A DNA stretch of 52,451 nt, taken from the NCBI GenBank assembly GCA_017440665.1, contig JAFSGU010000059.1, positions 1-52,451 on the forward strand. The letters run 5' to 3'. A program made the position numbers and the translations under genes. The notes under the pieces are model-generated. The model searched no databases. It saw only the letters and a program-made list of their open reading frames with translations, and was not told the origin of the DNA. Shown piece after piece: positions 1-7,529 of the stretch (the first letter of the stretch is position 1; each line of letters opens with the position of its first letter). The DNA is from Clostridia bacterium (GTDB lineage: Bacteria; Bacillota; Clostridia; Oscillospirales; CAG-272).

Positions 1-155
1 ATGGCAGGTATCAGCTCCATGTCGGGATAACCGCCGTTTGCCTCCCAGCGCGAAATTGCCTGAGGGCTGACTCCAAGAGCATTGGCCAAATCCTCTTGTT
101 TTCTGCCATCGCGCTGTCGCAGTTGCTTTATCTTTTCACCTATCTTAATATTCAT
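1..155 (-). CDS. XRE-family helix-turn-helix transcriptional regulator (5' part; runs off the window edge)
   Basis: Not in the ORF track. Manual translation MNIKIGEKIKQLRQRDGRKQEDLANALGVSPQAISRWEANGGYPDMELIPA is a classic HTH_3 pattern; GGAGG RBS upstream. Confidence 0.9.
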   Translation of the reverse strand, partial: MNIKIGEKIKQLRQRDGRKQEDLANALGVSPQAISRWEANGGYPDMELIPA

Positions 156-194
156 ACTCTGACCTCCAGTTATTGATATCACCGGTGTGATTAT

Positions 195-223
195 ATTTTA
201 TCATATAAGGGTGCAATAGTCAA
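195..223 (-). promoter_or_regulatory. sigma-A promoter for the XRE gene
   Basis: TTGACT-17bp-TAAAAT with TG extension on the minus strand. Confidence 0.6.
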
Positions 224-372
224 TTATCAATTCGTTGTTTAGCAATCAAGTATTACTTGTTTTTTTGAAATAAAAAAGACATGCTCAAGACGGAACATGT
301 CTTTTCAAATGTACCTGCTTTATCGCAGGTACGCCAAAGGGTGTTTTTTTGTTTCAGCAGGGATTACGGGGC

Positions 373-541
373 AATGATGTTTGCCTTTGGCAAATGATGT
401 CGCTATGCAAATGATGTCGCTTGGGCTAATGATGTCGGCTTCGCCTAATGGGTTAGGGGCAAACATCGCATCATTGCGGAACGAAGTGGAGAAGCATCAT
501 TATGCGAAGCATAACATCATGTCGCGAAGCGATGCATCATT
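373..541. repeat. Structured repeat element: 4x AATGATGT, then 4x inverted (A/G)CATCAT(T/G), with mini-hairpin spacers
   Basis: AATGATGT at 373, 393, 410, 428; inverted copies at 468, 494, 514, 534. Spacers include TTGCC-ttt-GGCAA, GGC-TTC-GCC, ATGC-GAA-GCAT, TCGC-GAA-GCGA. Confidence 0.85.
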
Positions 542-568
542 GAAAGTTTCTGTATTTTGTGGTATAAT
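540..568 (+). promoter_or_regulatory. sigma-A promoter; its -35 overlaps the end of the repeat element
   Basis: TTGAAA(540-545)-17bp-TATAAT(563-568) with TG extension. Confidence 0.7.
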
Positions 569-591
569 AAATTTGAATAGGAGTGAGATTT

Positions 592-1092
592 ATGTTATCC
601 GGATTGGTTGGAAAGAAATTTAATTGTATCAGCCGTGCGCTTGATATGCTTTGTCTGTTCTTGGGTGAGGATTTTACTTTCGTAGGTACTCGCGGACGGA
701 AGATTCATGTTGCGGAGTACTCGATTCATTTCCAAACCCAATGGCGTTTTAGAGATGATAAGGATATTCTTTTGGCATCCAGAGATGTCTATAAGCCTTA
801 TTGTGAAAATGTACCCGAAGATTGGGAATACGATTTGGTTGGCAGATCGGATGAATTGAGTAGTGTTTTTGATGTGCGGGCAAAAGAACTGATGGCAAAA
901 ATGCAAGGAACGATCGTTACAGATGTTCACCTTTCCGCTGTAAACGATGTAACCATTACATTTTCTAATGGTATCATATTTGAACAGTTCATGCCTGCCT
1001 CGCAAAAAAAAGAAGAATGGCGACTGATTGATTATATAAATGATACACAGATCATATGCTATGACGAGGACGGTAGTATTTCGCACGAATAG
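592..1092 (+). CDS. hypothetical protein
   Basis: ORF 583..1092; AGGAG RBS favours ATG at 592; has its own promoter and a downstream hairpin. Confidence 0.8.
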   Translation: MLSGLVGKKFNCISRALDMLCLFLGEDFTFVGTRGRKIHVAEYSIHFQTQWRFRDDKDILLASRDVYKPYCENVPEDWEYDLVGRSDELSSVFDVRAKELMAKMQGTIVTDVHLSAVNDVTITFSNGIIFEQFMPASQKKEEWRLIDYINDTQIICYDEDGSISHE

Positions 1093-1187
1093 ACGGAAAC
1101 TTGTGTGTCATTTTGCGATTGTTTCTTTTTCAAATACAGATCTGTTTACAAATAAGGGGACGTGGCTCTAAAGCCCCATGATAAACG

Positions 1188-1223
1188 CAAACACCGTTTC
1201 GGCGTAATCCGAAACGGTGTTTG
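1188..1223. terminator. probable bidirectional terminator between convergent genes
   Basis: 15-bp perfect stem CAAACACCGTTTCGG / CCGAAACGGTGTTTG. Confidence 0.7.
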
Positions 1224-1316
1224 TTATGTTTTGAGCAGATTATACGTATCATGTGTTTCAGATCGTGTCTTAATATTTATCACGAAGAAACTCAAAAAGC
1301 ATTTCCCAAAGCTTGA

Positions 1317-1604
1317 TCATGGAAATGACAGCAGTACGGCGCAAAATATTTTGCCAATAAATACCTGTAGTGTTGAGGATAGTTTGTCCGAATATTTTAT
1401 TTCCAAAAATACAAGTAAAACTATTCCCGCAAGAGCCAGTATTCCTGCGGCACAGCAAAAGGACATGAGATAGGGATAATACACGAATCCCGCGAAGATG
1501 TCAAGCGGTAAGGTATAAATAACGCACTGCAGAAGCAGACTTAGCAAAATAGCGTAAAGCAGGGTCATAAGACAATGAATGATGATTTTAGACGTTTTTC
1601 TCAT
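1317..1604 (-). CDS. small multi-pass membrane protein; probably frameshifted near its 3' end (true end about 1270)
   Basis: Three hydrophobic segments; AGGAG RBS. An amphipathic tail MIKLWEMLFEFLRDKY continues in an adjacent frame. Confidence 0.65.
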   Translation of the reverse strand: MRKTSKIIIHCLMTLLYAILLSLLLQCVIYTLPLDIFAGFVYYPYLMSFCCAAGILALAGIVLLVFLEIKYSDKLSSTLQVFIGKIFCAVLLSFP

Positions 1605-1637
1605 GTGGGCAGTTCTCCTGTATTTGATGGTAGCTTT

Positions 1638-1970
1638 TCATACCTTGACTTGTGTTACCGGTACGAACACTATAACAAAAGGGTCGTATCTGTCACCCAT
1701 CGCTGAGTAATGGCATATCTCCAAAAACTTGTCGTCCTTATGGATATCATTGTGTGGAATATATTTATCGAATAGTATTATCCATTCTTTCTCGGTCAAT
1801 GGTTTTATTACTTCCATATCAAAGCTGATATCCGTCATGGAACTGTCTTTGTGGTAAGCTTCTTCCCTGTGTGAAACGTACTTGAGACAGTCTTCACTTT
1901 CTGCCGCGAGCAAGACCTTACTACATATATCGGGGACAAGTTCGGATGCTAATATAAGGTGTATATACAT
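1638..1970 (-). CDS. hypothetical protein
   Basis: ORF 1638..1985; GGAGG RBS precedes ATG at 1970; co-oriented in the run of genes. Confidence 0.7.
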   Translation of the reverse strand: MYIHLILASELVPDICSKVLLAAESEDCLKYVSHREEAYHKDSSMTDISFDMEVIKPLTEKEWIILFDKYIPHNDIHKDDKFLEICHYSAMGDRYDPFVIVFVPVTQVKV

Positions 1971-1994
1971 GAATACTTCCTCCATAACCGATCT

Positions 1995-2744
1995 TTACGT
2001 ATCAGCTCCACTGCTTTTATACCCTTCGAGATATTTTGACTTCAAATAATACTCGAACACGGCGTTTGGTAAACGCTTGGGCGGATAGGTCGAATTGTCC
2101 CACACGTTTTTGAATCCCGCCACACGGATGATTCCGCAAGGCTGTAAAGTGATATTGTTAATACAGAAATCCGTATGTCCGTCTGTGAACTCGCGGTGTG
2201 TAAAGCTTTCCGCAACGGCAAGCGTTTCGGCATCTATTATTTCCCATTTGCGCGCGGTGGCCTTACATACTATATATCTGTTGTCAAGTGAAGTAAATCC
2301 CCATGCGTACGCGGGACGTTTTTCCTTTATGACTTCTCCCGTGTCCACGTCGATCAGGTGCATGGCATATTCATGTACGTGGGCTGTGACCGTACGGTCT
2401 CCGACAAAGATGTTCGTGACACCACGTCGGCTTTTTGTCCGCCACAGCTGCTCACCCGTTTTTGCATTATAGCAAAAAAGTCCCATGTTCCACGTTTGCA
2501 CAAAGACTTTCGTGCCGTCCGCAGAAACTGCGATTCCAAACTGTCCCATATTGTATGAGTCGATATATTTGCTTTTCCACGTGTGCTTTTCACCCGATCT
2601 GTACAGAACCGTGACCGTGCAGTCGGCAGGTGAATAATGAAGTGACGCAACAGGGCCGTCCGAGTAGTAATTTGTCCATTTCTCAGGGTCAGAGTATACA
2701 GAATATTTTTTATGATGAGCGAGCAGTACCGATCCTTCCATCAC
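1995..2744 (-). CDS. PQQ/WD40-like beta-propeller repeat protein
   Basis: Blade motifs IAVSADGTKVFV, CYNAKTGEQLW, LIDVDTGEVI, IIDAETLAV. Confidence 0.75.
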   Translation of the reverse strand: MMEGSVLLAHHKKYSVYSDPEKWTNYYSDGPVASLHYSPADCTVTVLYRSGEKHTWKSKYIDSYNMGQFGIAVSADGTKVFVQTWNMGLFCYNAKTGEQLWRTKSRRGVTNIFVGDRTVTAHVHEYAMHLIDVDTGEVIKEKRPAYAWGFTSLDNRYIVCKATARKWEIIDAETLAVAESFTHREFTDGHTDFCINNITLQPCGIIRVAGFKNVWDNSTYPPKRLPNAVFEYYLKSKYLEGYKSSGADT

Positions 2745-2765
2745 TCCACCACCTTTCTCTCCCTT

Positions 2766-2794
2766 ATTATATCATATAAAGGTGGAGAATTCAA
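2766..2794 (-). promoter_or_regulatory. sigma-A promoter
   Basis: TTGAAT-17bp-TATAAT with TG extension on the minus strand. Confidence 0.65.
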
Positions 2795-2831
2795 GGTGTG
2801 GGACCATGTCTATATACCAACCATACATAAC

Positions 2832-2860
2832 AAAAACGGGTGGATTGTAAGTCCACCCGT
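2832..2860 (-). terminator. intrinsic terminator after the acyltransferase operon
   Basis: ACGGGTGGAC/ATCCACCCGT stem followed by a T-run on the minus strand. Confidence 0.7.
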
Positions 2861-2868
2861 ACGTTATA

Positions 2869-3792
2869 TTAAAGCGTATGTGCGTCTCTCGTGAGAAGCT
2901 TTTCTCCGTCGAAGACGAGGATACCGATGCCCTCACCGGGCTCGCCGCCTTCAAGCATATACTTCTTGAAAGCGCGTCTCATACGTGTGTCCTCGGGATA
3001 GTCCTCCACGGGAAGTTTATTATCGGCTGCAGCACCGAAAACTCTCCAGTCGTCACCGAATTCTTCCTCGGGTCGGCGGCGGATAATATCCCAGTCCTCC
3101 ATAAAGTCACGTGCTCCGCCTCCCTCGGGGAATACGTTTCTGTAATCGGGGAAGAGAAGCCATGAACCGCAGTCACAGTACAGCTTGTCAAGTCCCGTTT
3201 CCTTGGTATAGAAGTCATACGCCATCTTGTAGGACTTGAGACGAGACTCATAATCGAAGGGCTCGCCGCTTGAAGGAATGTGGATACCCTTGATGGGAGT
3301 TCCGTTTGTGATCTTGATGTCGCCAAGCTCGTAGGGATTCATCATTTCAAACTCTCCGTCCTCGTACTCGAAGCGTCCGAACTTGATGATACGGCAGGTG
3401 AAGAAAAGACCGTACCAGCCTGCAACGAAGGTGCCCCATACGCCCTTTACGTTCTTGCACTCGATGACCTTGCATCTCAGGTCTGAGAAGGTATCGTAAA
3501 ATACCTCTTCTGTGACGCCTCTCTTGTCGTACTTAACTTTTGCAGACTCAGTGGCGATAAGAAGAAGGAGCATCCAGCAGGAGTAATAGTTCTCGCCTGT
3601 CTTATCGGCGAATGCGTGGAGCTTTGCGCGGGTAACGTCCGTGTCGATCTCCTTTACGTAGTTGGCAATGATAGCGTCGAACTCTTCCTCGTAACCTGCC
3701 TTTACTCTGTCAAAGAGCTCTGTGAAGTATACCTTAGCCTCATCGGGGAAGGATATCTTGTCCATTAAGTTTTTTGCAAAATCAAATTTCAT
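2869..3792 (-). CDS. DUF5596 / GNAT-like acyltransferase-domain protein (paralog 3)
   Basis: RGV.EEVFYDTFSDL, KFGRFEY, IHIPSSGEP and CGSWLL motifs of the NAT_N/GNAT_C family. Confidence 0.85.
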   Translation of the reverse strand: MKFDFAKNLMDKISFPDEAKVYFTELFDRVKAGYEEEFDAIIANYVKEIDTDVTRAKLHAFADKTGENYYSCWMLLLLIATESAKVKYDKRGVTEEVFYDTFSDLRCKVIECKNVKGVWGTFVAGWYGLFFTCRIIKFGRFEYEDGEFEMMNPYELGDIKITNGTPIKGIHIPSSGEPFDYESRLKSYKMAYDFYTKETGLDKLYCDCGSWLLFPDYRNVFPEGGGARDFMEDWDIIRRRPEEEFGDDWRVFGAAADNKLPVEDYPEDTRMRRAFKKYMLEGGEPGEGIGILVFDGEKLLTRDAHTL

Positions 3793-3836
3793 AGCTTTAA
3801 TTTCCTTTGGCCTTTTTATGTGTAATAATTTATGTG

Positions 3837-4742
3837 TCAGTTTTTTCTTGTGAGAAGACTCTCTCCGTCGAATACCAGGATACCCTCGCCATAACCGTTT
3901 TTGCCGCCGCTTATAAGATGCTTCTTGAAAGCCCGTCTCATACGGGTGTCCTCGGGATAATCCTCGGGCCTTTTGCCCTCTACGTCACCGAACACTCGCC
4001 AGTCGTCATCGAAATCCCCAAAATCGGTTACGGTGTGAAGCCTGAAATCGTTAAAGAAATCTCCTGCGCTTCCGCCCTCGGGGAAAACCTTTTGATATTC
4101 GGGATAGAGAAGCCATGAGCCGCATTCGCACATCAGGTACTCTACTCCATCCTCGCGCTTGAAGAAGTCGTACGCCATTTTGTAAGACTTCATCCTCTCC
4201 TCGAGAGTGAAAGGCTCGCCGGTTGATGGAATATGTATGCCGTACATGGTATAGCAGTCCGGGATAGTAACGTCTCCCACTACGAAGGGCTCGCCTCTGG
4301 CGTACATTCCTTTTATGTACTCAAGTCTGCCAAGCTTGATGATGTTACAGGCGAGAAAGTGACGGTACCATCCGTGTACAAATGTACCCCAGATACCCTT
4401 TACATCCTTGCACTCGATGAGCTTGCATCTGAGGTCGGAGAAGGTGTCGTAGAATATCTCGTCGGATACACCTCTCTTGTCATATTTCTTTTTTGCTTCC
4501 TCGGACACGAGAAGGAGAAGAAGCATCCAGTAGGGGTAGTAGCATCCGCCCGCCTTTTCTGCAAATGCACGGATATTTTTTGAGAAGCCGTCACAGTCGA
4601 TTTCATCGTATGCATTGATGAGGGCATCGAACTCTTCCTCATGATCAGCCTTTACTTTGTCGTAAAGCTCCGCGAAGAAAGCTTTCGCTTCTACAGGGAA
4701 GGACGTTTTGTCCATGAGTGTTTTTGCGAAACTGAAATCCAT
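3837..4742 (-). CDS. DUF5596 / GNAT-like acyltransferase-domain protein (paralog 2)
   Basis: Same motifs: KLGRLEY, IHIPSTGEP, CGSWLLYP. Confidence 0.85.
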   Translation of the reverse strand: MDFSFAKTLMDKTSFPVEAKAFFAELYDKVKADHEEEFDALINAYDEIDCDGFSKNIRAFAEKAGGCYYPYWMLLLLLVSEEAKKKYDKRGVSDEIFYDTFSDLRCKLIECKDVKGIWGTFVHGWYRHFLACNIIKLGRLEYIKGMYARGEPFVVGDVTIPDCYTMYGIHIPSTGEPFTLEERMKSYKMAYDFFKREDGVEYLMCECGSWLLYPEYQKVFPEGGSAGDFFNDFRLHTVTDFGDFDDDWRVFGDVEGKRPEDYPEDTRMRRAFKKHLISGGKNGYGEGILVFDGESLLTRKN

Positions 4743-4766
4743 AACTAAAATTCCTCGCGATTTATA

Positions 4767-5678
4767 TCAGTCTTTTCTTGTGAGAAGCTTTTCGCCGTCG
4801 AAAACGAGCATGCCTACACCGTAGCCGTTATTGCCTCCGCTAAGCAGGTGTTTCTTAAAATTACGTCTCATGCGGGTGTTTTCGGGATAATCCTCGAATT
4901 TTTTGCCGTTAACGTCACCGAATACGCGCCATGCATCACCAAACTCGTCCTCGTCACGGGAGAAGAGCATGTCGAAGTCATGGTAGAAATCCTTCGCGCC
5001 TCCACCCTCGGGGAATACGCTTTGATATTCGGGATACAGCAGCCATGAGCCGCAGTCGCAAATGAGATATTTTGAGCCTGTCTCTCGGGTGTAGAAGTCG
5101 TACGCCATTTTGTATGATTTGAGTCTCTCTTCGAGAGTAAACGGCTCTCCGCTTGAGGGGATGTGTATGCCGAGGATACGGTCGCCCTTCTTTATTACAA
5201 CGTCTCCGAGAACGTAGGGTTCGTCTCTGTTGTATACGTTGTCCTGATATTCAAGTCTGCCGAATTTGATAAGCTCGCAGTCGAAGAAGTGACGGTACCA
5301 GCCTGCAACGAACGTACCCCACTTTCCGTAAATGTCCATGCATTCCATGAGCTTATATTTGATGTCGCAGAACGTGTCGTAGAACACCTCGTCGGACACA
5401 CCGCGGGCGTCGTACTTCGCTTTCACCTTTTCAGCGCCTAAAAGCAGGACGAGTATCCACGTGGAATATACGCTGTAGCCGTGTGACTTTAACAAGACGA
5501 TGAGACGGTTGTCTATGTCGTCAGTATTTACGTCTCTTACGTAATCTTCGACTATGGTGTCGATCACCGATTCGTTTCCGTCGCTGATGATCTTATCCAT
5601 ATGTGCCACGTAGAACTTTTTAGCTTCCTCGGGGAAATCTATCTTATCCATTAAAAATTTTGCATATGTAACGTTCAT
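4767..5678 (-). CDS. DUF5596 / GNAT-like acyltransferase-domain protein (paralog 1)
   Basis: Same motifs: KFGRLEY, IHIPSSGEP, CGSWLLYP. Confidence 0.85.
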   Translation of the reverse strand: MNVTYAKFLMDKIDFPEEAKKFYVAHMDKIISDGNESVIDTIVEDYVRDVNTDDIDNRLIVLLKSHGYSVYSTWILVLLLGAEKVKAKYDARGVSDEVFYDTFCDIKYKLMECMDIYGKWGTFVAGWYRHFFDCELIKFGRLEYQDNVYNRDEPYVLGDVVIKKGDRILGIHIPSSGEPFTLEERLKSYKMAYDFYTRETGSKYLICDCGSWLLYPEYQSVFPEGGGAKDFYHDFDMLFSRDEDEFGDAWRVFGDVNGKKFEDYPENTRMRRNFKKHLLSGGNNGYGVGMLVFDGEKLLTRKD

Positions 5679-5698
5679 AATAGGTCTCCTGTGTGAAC

Positions 5699-6424
5699 TT
5701 ATTTTTTGTCCTTGGCGTCGGGCACCTTGTCACCTGACAGGAAGTATGCGGTGCGCTCCGGCGCGTCCTTTGCACCCTCCCAAGGTTCGTCCGCATAGCG
5801 GTAGTCGAACTTCTTGCAGAAGCGGGAAACGTCATCCTTCAGCGAAGCGATGTACTCAGCCTCAGCCGCGCCGACCGATTTATAGAATTCAGCAAACTCT
5901 CTCTTGGACAGTCTCACCTGTGCCGCAGCAAGGAAGCGGGTGAAGTGATCAAGGCAGAAATGATGCTGAGCGGCGGTCTTGTCACGGAAGGCTGTGTCGC
6001 ACTGCCAAAGAAGAGCCGCGGTTTCTATCATGAGATTGAAGTTGTGCTCGATGCGTGAGCATATGTAGCATCCGTCGGAAATGGAGCGGAGACTCTTTGA
6101 AGCAGCAGCGCCCGATTTTGCGGCGAACATACCGAACTTCATCTGCTCGCTGATATGCTCAAGGTGGCTTTCAAGCATGAGTGCCAAGGGAAGGCGCTTG
6201 CCCATGGTGAAGAGCTGCTCAAGATGGGTGGGGCAAAAGCCCTGAGCGTTGGTTTTGAGCCTTGTGTCCGGCTCCATCATGGACGCGCCGAGGATAAGCT
6301 CGGTCTCGTCGCACTCAAGCTTTTTGTACAGACGGCAGAAGGGGCAAACGTGCACGCCCTCCCCTGAGTCTGCGGCGGAGGCTTCAAATGCCTCGTTGAC
6401 GGGAATGGTGTAGATCTGTTCCAT
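5699..6424 (-). CDS. DUF6062 family protein (putative Zn-binding)
   Basis: IYTIPVNEAF, CPFC, GASMMEPD.R..TN..GFC..H, CYIC, FCLDH, FCKKFDYR. Confidence 0.8.
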   Translation of the reverse strand: MEQIYTIPVNEAFEASAADSGEGVHVCPFCRLYKKLECDETELILGASMMEPDTRLKTNAQGFCPTHLEQLFTMGKRLPLALMLESHLEHISEQMKFGMFAAKSGAAASKSLRSISDGCYICSRIEHNFNLMIETAALLWQCDTAFRDKTAAQHHFCLDHFTRFLAAAQVRLSKREFAEFYKSVGAAEAEYIASLKDDVSRFCKKFDYRYADEPWEGAKDAPERTAYFLSGDKVPDAKDKK

Positions 6425-6519
6425 AAGTTACATCACCTTTTGTATTAGAATTACTTGGATTTTTGTCGTATTTATGATATAATGAAAATGAAATTACGAA
6501 TGAAAATGAGGTTGTCGAT

Positions 6520-7416
6520 TTGAATAAACCTATTATACGTGACACGGGAACACTTGACGGTGTACCCTACGTGAGACTGTCGGACACGGGAAACTTCTCC
6601 GTGTTCAAGACATTTGACTGCGGACAGTGCTTCCGCTTCGATCCCTCCCACAGAGAGGGTGAGCCCTACGCGGTGTCGGGCGTTGCCATGGGACGGCACG
6701 TCACCTTCCGTGAGGAGGATGACGGATTTACCGTTGTCGGTGCCGACGAAAAAGATTTCCACACGTTATGGGAAAAGTATCTGTCCCTTGACGTGGACTA
6801 CGGCGAGATAGATCTGGCGGTGATATCAGCCCTCGACGAAGAGGGAAACGCGGTCATGCGCCGCGCCGCAGAGGTGTCGGCAGGCATACGTATTCTGAGG
6901 CAAGAGCCGTGGGAGGCACTATGCTCCTTTATTATATCACAAAATAACAACATTCCGCGCATAAAAAAGATAATTTCCGCACTTTGTGAAAATTTCGGCG
7001 AGTTGACCATAGACGGCAGGGGAAAAGCCTTTCCCACAGCCCGCGCTTTGGCAGATGCGGGAGAGGAACGCCTCTTCGAGCTGAAGACGGGATTCCGCGC
7101 AAAGTACATAGCGGACGCGGCGCGCCGTGTGGCTGACGGGGAATTGGACCTTGACGCCGTGGTCAGATGCGATAGCTATGCAGAGGCTGAGGCGGAGCTT
7201 ATGAAGATACGGGGCGTCGGTCCCAAGGTGGCGGCGTGCGCGCTTCTCTTCGGCTTCGGCAAAACTGAGGCGTACCCTATTGACACGTGGATGAAAAAGG
7301 TGGCGGCGCGTCACTTCAAAAGCGGCCCCGACCCGCTGAAGTTCGGCAAATATGCAGGTGTTGCCCAGCAGTACCTTTTCTACATGGAAAGATACATGGG
7401 CGGCGGAGAGATGTGA
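6520..7416 (+). CDS. ogg: 8-oxoguanine DNA glycosylase / N-glycosylase-AP lyase (HhH-GPD family)
   Basis: TFDCGQCFR, GIRILRQEPWEALCSFIISQNNNIPRI, GFRAKYI, GVGPKVA, PIDTW, AGVAQQYLF. Confidence 0.9.
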   Translation: MNKPIIRDTGTLDGVPYVRLSDTGNFSVFKTFDCGQCFRFDPSHREGEPYAVSGVAMGRHVTFREEDDGFTVVGADEKDFHTLWEKYLSLDVDYGEIDLAVISALDEEGNAVMRRAAEVSAGIRILRQEPWEALCSFIISQNNNIPRIKKIISALCENFGELTIDGRGKAFPTARALADAGEERLFELKTGFRAKYIADAARRVADGELDLDAVVRCDSYAEAEAELMKIRGVGPKVAACALLFGFGKTEAYPIDTWMKKVAARHFKSGPDPLKFGKYAGVAQQYLFYMERYMGGGEM

Positions 7417-7496
7417 AGTCGTGCCGTATGTGGTGAAATATTCTCCTGCGGAGAGGGATAAATCATTCGCAGGTGTCTGACCGTTATGATAAACAG

Positions 7497-7529
7497 TAGA
7501 GGTGACAGACCGTCACCTCTATTTTTTTT
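7497..7529 (+). terminator. intrinsic terminator
   Basis: TAGAGGTGAC/GTCACCTCTA stem plus T8. Confidence 0.8.

Noticed and set aside
373-541. CRISPR array interpretation of the 8-mer repeats (also 46279-46443)
   Set aside because: Repeats of 8 bp and spacers of about 9-18 bp are far too short, orientation flips midway, and no cas genes are present.
381-623. 80-aa ORF over the structured element
   Set aside because: No RBS; its content follows from the repeats; it overlaps the promoter and start of the next gene.
1155-1178. Possible REP-like GGGG...CCCC hairpin
   Set aside because: Lacks an intact GTAG and the stem is weak.
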